Assembly (NCBI GenBank): GCA_040751815.1
Contig: JBFMHQ010000002.1
Location: forward strand, 5,577 to 69,576
DNA: 64,000 nucleotides
Reading direction: 5' to 3'
Source of the DNA: Bacillota bacterium
GTDB lineage: Bacteria > Bacillota > Desulfotomaculia > Desulfotomaculales > UBA12532
The position numbers and the translations under genes are program-made. A model generated the notes under the pieces. The model worked only from the letters and a program-made list of their open reading frames with translations. It was not told the origin of the DNA and searched no databases. Positions 8,872 to 19,271 of this stretch are shown here, piece after piece (position 1 is the first letter of the stretch; the number at the start of each line of letters is the position of its first letter).

Positions 8872-9547
8872 ACATCTTGTAGAAATCAGGGTAGCGCTCG
8901 GCCAGGAGGGCGACGATCTGCCGCACCTCGTCCCGTTTTGTCCGGCCGCTGTACGGGCAAGGGTTTGGGATAACAGGAAGCCGGTGGGCCGCCGTGATAG
9001 AGGCTACCACCTTCCCCGGGAGGTAGATAAGCGGCCTTATCAGGGTTACACCGCTACGGTGCAGGTATGTGCGCGGCATGAAGGTTTTAATCTGCCCGGT
9101 ATAGAGCATATTCAAGAAGAAGGTTTCGGCGACGTCGTCCAGATGATGCCCGAGGGCAACTTTGGTTGCGCCAAGCCGGCGTGCCGTTGTGTTGAGGATC
9201 CCGGAGCGGAGTTTGGCGCAAAGGGAGCACGGGCCGCGTTTGGCTTTTTGCTCCACCGCCCGGGCTATAGGATAACTACGGTGGTAAAGGGGGATGCCGT
9301 AGCTCTGACAGAGGTCGGCCAGCGGCCCCACGTCCACCTGGCCCCAACCTGCGTCCACGTACACGGCCAGCAGGTCAAAACGCAGGTGTGAGTGGTGGCG
9401 CAGCAGGTTCAGCACGAAGAGGAGCGCCGCACTGTCTTTCCCGCCTGAGAGACCGACGGCCACGCGGTCGCCGTCAACAACCATCTCGTAATCCTTTATG
9501 GCCTGTTTTACCCTGGTGAGAAACCATGTCCCGTAGTTTCTGGTCAA
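8774..9547 (-). CDS. PP-loop ATP pyrophosphatase, TtcA-like tRNA 2-thiocytidine synthase family
   Basis: VAVGLSGGKDSAALL PP-loop, LGHHLDD, CSLCAKLR / NPCPYS cysteines. TTG start. Confidence 0.8.
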   Translation of the reverse strand: MTRNYGTWFLTRVKQAIKDYEMVVDGDRVAVGLSGGKDSAALLFVLNLLRHHSHLRFDLLAVYVDAGWGQVDVGPLADLCQSYGIPLYHRSYPIARAVEQKAKRGPCSLCAKLRSGILNTTARRLGATKVALGHHLDDVAETFFLNMLYTGQIKTFMPRTYLHRSGVTLIRPLIYLPGKVVASITAAHRLPVIPNPCPYSGRTKRDEVRQIVALLAERYPDFYKMFRASLENVRLEALWKQRPRKGKFPGPDCSDAL

Positions 9548-9568
9548 GGCACTCCAGCACCACCCGCG

Positions 9569-9597
9569 TTGACTCTATTCGACGCCACCATTATAAT
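9569..9597 (+). promoter_or_regulatory. Sigma-A-type promoter of gapA
   Basis: TTGACT (9569-9574), 17 nt spacer, TATAAT (9592-9597), about 95 nt upstream of the gap ATG. Confidence 0.6.
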
Positions 9598-9675
9598 TTT
9601 ACCACTGAGAACGCCCCCGGGTGTGACGCGCATCGGACCAGGGGCTGCCGGGTATACTTTTAAGCGCCTGAGTAA

Positions 9676-10761
<1,086 letters not shown>

Positions 10762-10789
10762 AATAGGGCTCCGTTTCCGGAGCCCTATT
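10762..10789. terminator. Hairpin shared by convergent gapA and acsD (weak bidirectional terminator)
   Basis: AATAGGGCTCCG-tttc-CGGAGCCCTATT perfect 12-bp stem. U-tracts are poor on both strands. It overlaps the acsD stop. Confidence 0.4.
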
Positions 10790-11723
10790 CTACTGCCAGC
10801 CTTTCCATTTGATTGCGAAAGGAAGCGGCGGCTTCCGGATGGCGGAAAACCAGAAGCGAGGCCCCGGCTACGGCCAGGACGCTAGCCGTTACGGCCTCCC
10901 AGAGTATGGCAAGGCGACTGGGTTCTTTTCGGGTACGGTCCTCCCCGGCCTGGGCCTCCCTGGTGCGCCAGGCCTCTTCCCCCACCATGCAAAGGACCGG
11001 GGAAGCAAGCATGCGGTCGCCGGCCAGAGCGGCGGTACGCATACGTTCGATTACCGAATATGCGTATTCGATGCCGTATCCGAGGGGCCCTATAGACGGG
11101 TCCATCGCGATACGTTCGGGCGGCAGGTTCATCTCGCCAATAAGAATATTGAGCTGTTTGGCCAGGTTAACGTCGAGGGGCGTACGCGCGATCACGTTAT
11201 GTCCGTGGGCGAGGCACGCGGCGGTCAGGGTCCTGTAGTTATCCTCCGTGGCCGGGCCCAGGAGATAGTTTCGGCCTGTAAGGGCAGCAGCCACCTCGGG
11301 GAGCACCGCAGCGTCTGTGGCGGCGTCACCGCATCCAAGGATCACAAGGGGCACGCGTACCGCCGCTGCGACCTTCAGGGCAGTTACGGCAGCTTCGTCG
11401 GGCGGTGTACCGCGGGCATCGGGATGGATACTCGCCAGCCGAAGGGCCACGAGATCTGCGCCCAGGTCCGCGCACTTCTCCCCCCAGCGCGCCACGTCTT
11501 CCGTGAGACCTCCCCAGTATTCCCTGAGTGGCGCCGGCCAGCTCCCGTCAAGAAAATCTGTTATCTCGAGGGCCACTGCCGGGCGATTTGGGATTTTAGC
11601 TTCGAAGTGATGAAAAGGTAACCCCATATCACCCCCAACCCGGACGCAATACGGTCCCGACCCCAGGGTCATCTCAAGCACCCGTCCCGGCCATTTTTCC
11701 CGGATGACTTCGAAGTCTACCAT
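10785..11723 (-). CDS. acsD: Corrinoid iron-sulfur protein small subunit (AcsD / CdhD-like)
   Basis: 312 aa. VRVGGD..LPFHHFE, ALEI.D, DLVALRL, PLVILGCGD TIM-barrel motifs. Last gene of the acs block; 7-nt overlap with cooC. Confidence 0.85.
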   Translation of the reverse strand: MVDFEVIREKWPGRVLEMTLGSGPYCVRVGGDMGLPFHHFEAKIPNRPAVALEITDFLDGSWPAPLREYWGGLTEDVARWGEKCADLGADLVALRLASIHPDARGTPPDEAAVTALKVAAAVRVPLVILGCGDAATDAAVLPEVAAALTGRNYLLGPATEDNYRTLTAACLAHGHNVIARTPLDVNLAKQLNILIGEMNLPPERIAMDPSIGPLGYGIEYAYSVIERMRTAALAGDRMLASPVLCMVGEEAWRTREAQAGEDRTRKEPSRLAILWEAVTASVLAVAGASLLVFRHPEAAASFRNQMERLAVE

Positions 11724-12493
11724 GCATCAATCCCCCCCTGGCCGGCATGGTGCTTGAGCAACGTCCTTACGATGGCCTGTACCGCCGTCGCGGCCGGCGC
11801 CGCGTCCGGGAGTTCGGCCAGGGGGCGCCCCGCCATGTCGTACTCCGCCACGGTCCGGTCGTACGGTACGGTGCCCAGGAATTCCAGGCCGGTGCGGCCA
11901 ATTTCCTGCCGCAGGGCGGCACACGCCTCCGCAGGCGCCCTGTTGACCACTAGAAACGACCTGCTAATACCCAGGCCGAGCGTTTTAACAAGGCCGGCGA
12001 TACGGGCTGCCGAAAGCAGGCCACGTACCGTGGGGTCGCTTACCACCACCAGCGCATCGGCCTGTCCCGTCGTGCGCCGGCTGAAATGTTCCAGGCCTGC
12101 CTCGTTATCCAACACCACACATCTGTATGCGGCGCCTAGAGAGGCCACACACCGCCGCAGCACGCTGTTGGCATAGCAGTAGCATCCAGGCCCCTCTGGC
12201 GCGCCCATGGCCAGGAGATCGATATCACGGCCCTCAGCCAGTGCCTGATGGACGCGAAACTTAACGTACTCGTCTTTGGACATACCGGCGGGTACGCCTT
12301 GTCCTGCCATCTCACCCACAATCCCCGCTACGGTTACCGGAGCCTGAAGCCCGAGCGCCTCTCCCAGATTGGCGTTCGGGTCGGCGTCAATGGCCAGCAC
12401 GGGTTTATACCCCAATTTCACCAGGTAAACAATTGCCAGAGCGGCGAAGGTGGTTTTCCCGGATCCGCCCTTGCCTGCCACTGCCAGACGCAA
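11717..12493 (-). CDS. cooC: CooC/AcsF-type nickel-insertion accessory ATPase
   Basis: MRLAVAGKGGSGKTTF deviant Walker A, CYCYAN (CxC metal motif), VLDNEAGLEH. Confidence 0.85.
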   Translation of the reverse strand: MRLAVAGKGGSGKTTFAALAIVYLVKLGYKPVLAIDADPNANLGEALGLQAPVTVAGIVGEMAGQGVPAGMSKDEYVKFRVHQALAEGRDIDLLAMGAPEGPGCYCYANSVLRRCVASLGAAYRCVVLDNEAGLEHFSRRTTGQADALVVVSDPTVRGLLSAARIAGLVKTLGLGISRSFLVVNRAPAEACAALRQEIGRTGLEFLGTVPYDRTVAEYDMAGRPLAELPDAAPAATAVQAIVRTLLKHHAGQGGIDAW

Positions 12494-12496
12494 GCG

Positions 12497-14377
12497 TTAC
12501 CCCTCCCCGGCAAGAGAAGGAAAAAGCTCTTTATTTGTATGGGGCAGAAAAAGGGCCGCCGTAAACTCTTCCATGAAGCGGTTACCCACGCTCAGTTCCA
12601 GGTAAGTCATGCTACGGGCTACGACCGCCATTTCCTGCCGCGCCTGCGCCGATACCAGGGCGGCAGCGGCCCCCTTGAGGGCAGTGTTCCCAACGAAATG
12701 GTAGCGCTCGGGCGGCAAGTCGGGAAGCAAGCCGATACTAACTGCGTCCCTGATGTTGATGTGCTGGCCAAATCCTCCGGCAACGTAAACTTCTTCGACC
12801 GCAGTGAGGTCTAACCCGAGGGTTCCCAGCATGGTCCTCACACCGGCGAAAACGGCAGCCTTCGCGCGCACGAGATTCTCCACCTCCGCCTGGGAAAGAG
12901 CTATGGGGTTGCCGGAACCGGTTTCTTTTTCCCAGGCAAGGACAAACTCCGGTCCACCATCCCCCTCGCGCAAGCGAGGCGTGGCGGCATCCCGCCGGAA
13001 GTTGCCGCTGCGCTCCAGTATCCCAGCAGCGAGAAGGCTGTTCAGAGCGCTGATCAGGCCCGAGCCGCAAATGCCCAGGGGAGGTTTACCCCCGATGGTG
13101 CGGAGGAAAACCTCATATCCCCCCGGCAGTACCGTAACCTCTTCTATGGCCCCCGGAACGGCACGCATCCCCGCCCGTATACCGCCCCCTTCGAAAGCGG
13201 GCCCGGCGGAGCAGGCGCAGGCAACGAGCCAATCGCGGTTGCCGAGGACCATTTCTCCGTTGGTGCCGATATCAACGAAGAGGGTTATCCCCTCCTTACG
13301 GTGCAACCCCGTAGCCACGATGCCCGCCGTGATGTCACCGCCGACGTAACTGGCCACACCGGGCACAACGTACACCGCCGCCCGCGGGTTAATGGCGAGG
13401 CCCAGGTCCTCCGCGTGCAGGCCCGGCCACTCATTTGCCGCCGGCGTATAGGGTTCGAGGCGGATGAATCGCGGCTCCACACCCAGTAAAAGGTGCACCA
13501 TGGTGGTGTTGCCGGCGAAGGTTGCGGCCCACACCCTATCCGGGGCCACCTGGGCGGCGGCAAGCACTTGCCGGAGCAACCCGTTGACGGTTTCAACCAC
13601 CGCATCCTGCAGGATCCTGCGGCCTTCCGGCTGCTCCGTGGCATAAATAATGCGGGTAACGACGTCATCGCCAAAGGCTGCCTGGCGATTGAAGGTTCCC
13701 GAGTCAGCCAGGCGGCGGCCGGAAACTAGATCCCACAACTCTACGGCCACCGTAGTAGTGCCCACGTCAATGGCCACGCCAAAGGCCGGCTGCGGCTCGG
13801 TTCCGGGAACCACGCTCAGGATCTCCCTCCGGCCCTTATTCCCGCTGTAACCAACGGTTATCGCCCAATCCCTTGCGCGCAGTACTGACGGTAGTTCTCG
13901 CAGCACCTCCAGCGGGACGTATACCTCCCCCTGATCCTGTTCCTTCAGGGCACGCAGCAGGCGTGAAAGGTCATCCCCGGGGTCATCGAGGGAAGGGCGC
14001 TCGAGTTGCAGGCTTGTCTGGGAAAAGAGCGGGGCGTCTACCGGAAAACGGCTCTCTTCCTCGCCGAGGCGCCCCGCAGACCGTGCGGACAGCAGCACAC
14101 GATGTTCTTCAAGGCGTGCGGTGGCGGGAATCTCCACCCGGAGATCGGATGCAGGTACGGTCTGGCAGGCCGCGACTTCCAGGGGAGCCACCTTTTTCTC
14201 CCCACCAACTGTCACCCTGCCCCCGGTTACCATAACCCGGCAACGGCCGCAGGTCCCCGCCCCGCCGCAGGCCCCTCTTAAGGTTATACCGGCCCGCGCC
14301 GCGAGCGTTACCAGGTCCTCGCTTCCTTCCGCAGTTACCTCAATCCCATCCGGTAGGAATTGCACACGATAACTCAT
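12497..14377 (-). CDS. Reductive activator of CoFeSP (RACo/AcsV-like): N-terminal [2Fe-2S] ferredoxin domain plus ASKHA ATPase domain
   Basis: MSYRVQFLPDG...CGGAGTCGRCRV, then GVAIDVGTTTV, DIGTNGE, AGGFG. Start refined to ATG 14377, which forms an ATGA overlap with the acsC stop. The upstream 70 codons of the track ORF lie inside acsC. Confidence 0.8.
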   Translation of the reverse strand: MSYRVQFLPDGIEVTAEGSEDLVTLAARAGITLRGACGGAGTCGRCRVMVTGGRVTVGGEKKVAPLEVAACQTVPASDLRVEIPATARLEEHRVLLSARSAGRLGEEESRFPVDAPLFSQTSLQLERPSLDDPGDDLSRLLRALKEQDQGEVYVPLEVLRELPSVLRARDWAITVGYSGNKGRREILSVVPGTEPQPAFGVAIDVGTTTVAVELWDLVSGRRLADSGTFNRQAAFGDDVVTRIIYATEQPEGRRILQDAVVETVNGLLRQVLAAAQVAPDRVWAATFAGNTTMVHLLLGVEPRFIRLEPYTPAANEWPGLHAEDLGLAINPRAAVYVVPGVASYVGGDITAGIVATGLHRKEGITLFVDIGTNGEMVLGNRDWLVACACSAGPAFEGGGIRAGMRAVPGAIEEVTVLPGGYEVFLRTIGGKPPLGICGSGLISALNSLLAAGILERSGNFRRDAATPRLREGDGGPEFVLAWEKETGSGNPIALSQAEVENLVRAKAAVFAGVRTMLGTLGLDLTAVEEVYVAGGFGQHINIRDAVSIGLLPDLPPERYHFVGNTALKGAAAALVSAQARQEMAVVARSMTYLELSVGNRFMEEFTAALFLPHTNKELFPSLAGEG

Positions 14378-15714
14378 GTTTTCCAATGCTCCTTGATAAA
14401 GGCGGGAATGGCACTTGATTCCCTTGGCCCGACAAGAATCTCCCACCCCGAAAGGTCGGCAAGTTTCCCGCTGAGAACGGCTACACTTCCTGGAATAATG
14501 AGGCGTCGGTGCTTTACCCGCTCGCTTACTCCGGATGCCTGAAGGGCGGCAACAATCCTCTCGGGCGTTAGTTTGCCGGCCGCCCATGCCGTCAGTACCG
14601 AGGTGCCCTCTGTGTCAACAGCCAGAATATAAGCCGGAACACGCGCGGCCTCTACATCACCTGCGACGCAAAAATATGTAAGGGAGAAATTGGTAGTAAG
14701 AAAGACCGGCGCGTCGGAACCCGGGTTGCCGATTGAATATAGTTTTGGCTCGACGGCCACCGGCTTCTGGGGGTCGGCGTAAAGATTCATGCGCCAGGTA
14801 ACCAGCGGCAAAATGGCCGCCGGGTCAGTGGTGTCCACCACAACTACTGCCGCATACTTGGCGATGGCCATTGCGGCATCCAGAACATTCTGTACTGGAT
14901 CGTCGCCGGCGATCGTACAGAAAGTCGGAAAGCCGAAGGGCCGGAAGCGCTTGCGTACGGCTAGCCGCCGGATACGTGTCTGGTCGGCAAGAAGCTGCGC
15001 AATACTTGTCGCGCCGGTATCCAGAAGTAACTCCCGGTGACCGAGTTCTGTAACCTTGGCGACAAGGGCAGCCAGCTCCTCCAATCCTGCCGCTTGCACC
15101 ACCAGCGGGACGCCGTAGCTCGCGGCCAGTGGTACCAGGCGCGCGTAGTTATCGGCGGTAGCCGCCCAGACCAGGGGCCGGCCGTCTTTTACAGGTTCCA
15201 GGGCAGCTTCCAGGCAGGCCGTGTCTTCGGACATCAACACCAGGGGTAACCGCGCCTCGCGGGCTGCCGCCAGGACCGCAGCCCGGAAAAGATCGGGGCG
15301 GGCCGACAACCCGCGGACGGCCACCAGATCCACACGGCAAGTTTGCCCCATGCGCTCGAAAACCAGGTTGTTTATCGCCCGTACCCTGCCCGCCAGGGAT
15401 GCGGGCGGCAAGGTATCATCCACGGTGACGCCGATGGCGGTGGGGTTTTCGAAGCGCTTTTCATGCCGGAAAAGCACCGTTTCGTTTCCCACCCGCACCG
15501 CATGCTCTCCGGCGCCGATGGTGATCAGGGCGATGGGTGGCGCAGCCGCGGCGGCCAGCCTTTCACGTGCCTCCTCGCCGATGTGCGGGCAGGCGTCCAG
15601 GGAAGCCTTTCCGGCAGCGAGTTGCATAGCGAAGGCCAGGCAGGTTGGTTGGCCGCAGTCCTTACAGTTTGTCCGGGGTAGCAATTTGTAAATTTCGAGA
15701 CCTGTTAAAGCCAC
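14374..15714 (-). CDS. acsC: Corrinoid iron-sulfur protein large subunit (AcsC)
   Basis: MALTGLEIYKLLPRTNCKDCGQPTCLAFAMQLA (N-terminal 4Fe-4S motif); C-terminal Rossmann corrinoid-binding region. Confidence 0.9.
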   Translation of the reverse strand: MALTGLEIYKLLPRTNCKDCGQPTCLAFAMQLAAGKASLDACPHIGEEARERLAAAAAPPIALITIGAGEHAVRVGNETVLFRHEKRFENPTAIGVTVDDTLPPASLAGRVRAINNLVFERMGQTCRVDLVAVRGLSARPDLFRAAVLAAAREARLPLVLMSEDTACLEAALEPVKDGRPLVWAATADNYARLVPLAASYGVPLVVQAAGLEELAALVAKVTELGHRELLLDTGATSIAQLLADQTRIRRLAVRKRFRPFGFPTFCTIAGDDPVQNVLDAAMAIAKYAAVVVVDTTDPAAILPLVTWRMNLYADPQKPVAVEPKLYSIGNPGSDAPVFLTTNFSLTYFCVAGDVEAARVPAYILAVDTEGTSVLTAWAAGKLTPERIVAALQASGVSERVKHRRLIIPGSVAVLSGKLADLSGWEILVGPRESSAIPAFIKEHWKT

Positions 15715-15726
15715 GCAAGGGCACTC

Positions 15727-17931
15727 CTATAACAGTGGTTCCATAGTGAGGGCAGGATGGGCTACCTTCTCCAAGAAGGGAAGGATCTCGTCGACCGTCG
15801 TCCCCACTCGTTCATCAGCAATTTTATTGAGGAACCCTTCCCCGAGACCCGCGGCAATTGCCGCACGGCCCAGAGCCTGATGCATCTGTTCCTTTAGATC
15901 CGCGGGCATCCAGACAACCCGCGCCATGCCTCCTTCTGCCTGGAGAAACTTGCGTGAGCCGAGAAAAGCCTTAGCCACACCCATAAACCCTGGTGTCTGT
16001 ATACCCCCGCCGATTGATCCGGCAAGTGTGGAAAAGGTCATGCCTGCCGGGGTCATGCCGTTATATTCGCGGTTGACAACCAGGAAACCGTTGCATTCGG
16101 GCAAAAGACTGACGATAGCTTCAAAACAACCGCAGGAGGTGTGGGGTGCATCCATAACACTGTAGAGACAAACCCTCGCCACGGCGCCGCGCGAATGCTC
16201 GTACACAAATGCATTGCAGGATGCCCATTCACCACGCCGGGCGTTGATGAGCCCTTTCTTCGGCACCGGCCGATTGCTCCCGTGCGGGTTTATCTCGTAG
16301 GCGGCGCGGGCATCAAGCCAGCTCACGGCGCCGCAAAGCCCGGTGCGCTCCGGGAGGACGAGGCAAACGTGCGACGGCGCGAAGGTCTGGCACAGGGTGC
16401 AAGAATAGAAGAAGTCCACGTTCTCGTCCCGGAGGTCGGCGAGCCGGAGGTCGCGCCGGGCATACTCCGCCCGTGCCGCCTCCCGCAGGCGAAGGACGTC
16501 CTCCTCCCGGGTATAAAGCTCGACCTGCACCCGGTCAACGATGTTGGCAAATTCCTCCTTAAGGCTCGCGCAAATTATCTCACCCAGGTGGCGCAGTCTG
16601 AACCCCTGGGAGAAGGCATTCCGGCTGATACGCAGCCAATTAAGGTCCCGCTGGCCGATATGCCATACGCCCTGGGCGTAATTTATGTAATGGTGCAGGC
16701 GGCGCTCCAGCACCGGCTCGAAATCCTCATGCATCCGACGCCCGTACACATCAACTACGATACCCAGAGGCAGGTGCCCACCCGGTGTTATGGCGTCGAT
16801 ATCCGGGCCGAAAAGTGTAATCCGACCATCCGCCACTTCATCTTTCGAGACGGCGCGCAGTAGTTCGAACGCCGGTGTGCGCTGCCCGCCGAACTCCGCT
16901 TGGACGTCGGCACGGCGGACCGACTCGCCCTCAAAGGCCGGACCGAAGGCCACGGGCAGGGAGACCTTCCTGGGCTTGATTTTTAAGCCCCGTACCTCAA
17001 GGGCACGTCTTACCAGACGGTCATAGGAAATTCCCCCTACAACGCTTTCATACGCACATATCCCGGGCATAAGAATTTCGGGAACGGTTGCCGTAGCGAT
17101 GGTGGGGACACCGAAATTCAATGCGCCCGCCGCCTGAGCAATGGTGCGTGCATCGCTTTCCCCAAGCGCCAGCACAAAAGCATGCACCCGCTCTTTAACG
17201 TAAGATACAAGCTGTTTCATGTTACCTGGGTTGAGGGCACCGAAGGAAAGGGCCACCCGCACGGCAAAACCTACGGCGAAAACCGCTGCGGTAACTTCTT
17301 TACCCAGGGGTACAAGCCTGGTTTCCCACCCCAGTTGGACACCTCGAGCCGCTAATTGTTCCGCCAAGCTAACGCCGCCGGCGGATGACCCGGCCATAAA
17401 AACATAAAGGTCGCTTTCCTGCAATTCCCTTATCAGCCGCAGCGCCGTCTCCTCATCAGGAGCCGCACCTACACATATGGCGAACCCTGGTGCCCTTCCG
17501 TCAACAAACTGGATACCCAATTGCCGCAGGACAGCGTCGTCTGCCGCACCCAACCAGGTTACGCCTGTATCCGGCGCCGGCCGTCCGTAGTACCCCGGTT
17601 GCCGCAGGTACCTTGCAGCTTCGGTAACCTCACCGGCAAACAACGCAGCCATCCCCGCCGCAAGGGCGTCCTGCAGGTCCGGGGGTGACTCCGTGGTTGC
17701 CATAAATTCCCGGGCCCGGGCCAGGGCCGTAACGGCGTCTTCAAGGCGTTCAACCTTCAGGCCGGTCGTGCCGTAAATTATGGGCAGAAAATACCCCGTG
17801 TTAGGAAAGCCGACTGCTGCGTTCGGGCCGTAAACACGTACTGCTTCGGCCAGGGCCTGCCCGGCATCCGCAACGATCTGCTCCGCGCCGCTGCGCGCCA
17901 GTGTGGCGATCTGCCGGCACAACCTGTGCAC
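15727..17931 (-). CDS. acsB: Acetyl-CoA synthase catalytic subunit (AcsB, A-cluster)
   Basis: 734 aa. FYSCTLCQTFAPSHVC and HTSCGCFE A-cluster cysteine motifs. The true start may be TTG 17922, which has better spacing from GGGGGG. Confidence 0.95.
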   Translation of the reverse strand: MHRLCRQIATLARSGAEQIVADAGQALAEAVRVYGPNAAVGFPNTGYFLPIIYGTTGLKVERLEDAVTALARAREFMATTESPPDLQDALAAGMAALFAGEVTEAARYLRQPGYYGRPAPDTGVTWLGAADDAVLRQLGIQFVDGRAPGFAICVGAAPDEETALRLIRELQESDLYVFMAGSSAGGVSLAEQLAARGVQLGWETRLVPLGKEVTAAVFAVGFAVRVALSFGALNPGNMKQLVSYVKERVHAFVLALGESDARTIAQAAGALNFGVPTIATATVPEILMPGICAYESVVGGISYDRLVRRALEVRGLKIKPRKVSLPVAFGPAFEGESVRRADVQAEFGGQRTPAFELLRAVSKDEVADGRITLFGPDIDAITPGGHLPLGIVVDVYGRRMHEDFEPVLERRLHHYINYAQGVWHIGQRDLNWLRISRNAFSQGFRLRHLGEIICASLKEEFANIVDRVQVELYTREEDVLRLREAARAEYARRDLRLADLRDENVDFFYSCTLCQTFAPSHVCLVLPERTGLCGAVSWLDARAAYEINPHGSNRPVPKKGLINARRGEWASCNAFVYEHSRGAVARVCLYSVMDAPHTSCGCFEAIVSLLPECNGFLVVNREYNGMTPAGMTFSTLAGSIGGGIQTPGFMGVAKAFLGSRKFLQAEGGMARVVWMPADLKEQMHQALGRAAIAAGLGEGFLNKIADERVGTTVDEILPFLEKVAHPALTMEPLL

Positions 17932-18005
17932 CCCCCTTTGGGACCTACACCTTAAGATATAACGAAAGAGGGAGGCTTGTAAATAGAATAACCCTGTTGT
18001 CGGGG

Positions 18006-18031
18006 GTCCGGGTTGGAGGAGTCCGGGTTGG
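18006..18031. repeat. Tandem direct repeat GTCCGGGTTGG-AGGA-GTCCGGGTTGG between the AP-like gene and acsB
   Basis: Exact 11-mers at 18006-18016 and 18021-18031 (15-bp period), 75-100 nt upstream of the acsB start. Confidence 0.6.
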
Positions 18032-18054
18032 CGACAGTGATGGTTTAAAAAGGT

Positions 18055-19200
18055 TCAGAAGAGGAGGAATCTCCTTTTAAGGATGCGATATTCGATAATA
18101 TACCCTGCACCAAAAATAACAACCAGCACGATAGACAAGGCTTCCAGCGCTCTGATACGCCATGTTAAGGCCCTGATACGGGCATCGCGTTCGCTTACGG
18201 TACGCCGGGAAACCTCTTTCTCTCTGGCGATCGCCGCCCTTTCTTCCTGAACCAGTCGACGTTCTCTGTGGAGCGCGTTGATTTCCCGCCTTGCGTGAAG
18301 GTAAGCCTCGCTCAGGTCCTTAACCCTTGCTTCCAGGAGATATTCCTCGCTGTGGTACGGTCCGGCGGCCAAGGCGTTCCAAAGGACCAAACCCGTGGGA
18401 GCGGAAAGTTTCAGTCCGGTGACGTACGCGAGGGTCCGGCCCGCGTCCGTAAGCCCCGCCGGTGGAAGACGTACGCCGCTTTTAAAGGCCAAACCCTTCA
18501 GGATGAGGGCCGGGTTTTCTCCGGTACCGGCAATGACAAAGGTACTCTGTTCAAAGAGGGCCTCCTGATAGAGGTACTGCAACAAACGCCCAATGAGTAC
18601 ATCCGCCTGTGCAACCGCTTCCAGGTATCGCCCGCTTTGCGGACCCTTTTGGAAGTGGGAGGACCCGGGACCGCGCAAAACCAGTACGGAGAAATAAGGC
18701 CGCCGCTCCCGCAACACCTTGAGAAAAGCTTCTAGCGCATCTGGATCCCGCGCAGGACCGCTATAGCGCAGCGATACCCCCCGTGACAGACCCGAAAGGG
18801 AACGGCTGGCGTCGAAAAAGGCCGTGACTATCCCCTGCTTCTCCATCAGGAGGGGCAAAGATGGTACGCGCAGTGTCTCACCGCCGTGTAGGCATCCGTG
18901 TCGCGAAGGGTCGGTACCCGTAAGTACCGAGGCTGTTGCCGCGGCCAGGGTAGAGGGTTGCACGCCGGTAACGGAGGGGACGCTCACACCGGCAGCAGCC
19001 AGTCCTTCGAGATTCGGCACTCGCCCGCTTTCCAGGACCTGCGCTTGCAAGCCCTCGATGACCACCACGAAGACGTGCCTGGTAACCGGGGGCGGCGTAG
19101 GCGCCTGCCCCTTTTTGACTTCCGGCTCGGTACCGGTGGCCCGGCCGGACAGGAAGAGGAAGCAGATAAAAAGAACGCAGGCGAGGCGCCGCCGCAACAT
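18055..19200 (-). CDS. Alkaline-phosphatase-superfamily (nucleotide pyrophosphatase/phosphodiesterase-like) exported protein with C-terminal coiled coil and TM anchor
   Basis: Signal-like MLRRRLACVLFICFLFLSG. VFVVVIEGL...VPNLEGLAAAGV...QPSTLAAATASVLTGTDPSRHG resembles the NPP N-terminal core. The C-terminal REINALHRERRLVQEERAAIAREKE... heptad-like region is followed by ALSIVLVVIFGAGYIIEY. Confidence 0.6.
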   Translation of the reverse strand: MLRRRLACVLFICFLFLSGRATGTEPEVKKGQAPTPPPVTRHVFVVVIEGLQAQVLESGRVPNLEGLAAAGVSVPSVTGVQPSTLAAATASVLTGTDPSRHGCLHGGETLRVPSLPLLMEKQGIVTAFFDASRSLSGLSRGVSLRYSGPARDPDALEAFLKVLRERRPYFSVLVLRGPGSSHFQKGPQSGRYLEAVAQADVLIGRLLQYLYQEALFEQSTFVIAGTGENPALILKGLAFKSGVRLPPAGLTDAGRTLAYVTGLKLSAPTGLVLWNALAAGPYHSEEYLLEARVKDLSEAYLHARREINALHRERRLVQEERAAIAREKEVSRRTVSERDARIRALTWRIRALEALSIVLVVIFGAGYIIEYRILKRRFLLF

Positions 19201-19271
19201 AACGACCCTCCTCGAGGAGAATGCTATAATACTATACTCGCCGGGAGGGTGATCGTATACCTTGTGCCATC

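Noticed and set aside
14378-14587. 70-codon N-terminal extension of the RACo ORF (track 12497..14587).
   Set aside because: It lies entirely within the acsC coding region in another frame. The ferredoxin domain begins exactly at the ATG that forms an ATGA overlap with the acsC stop.
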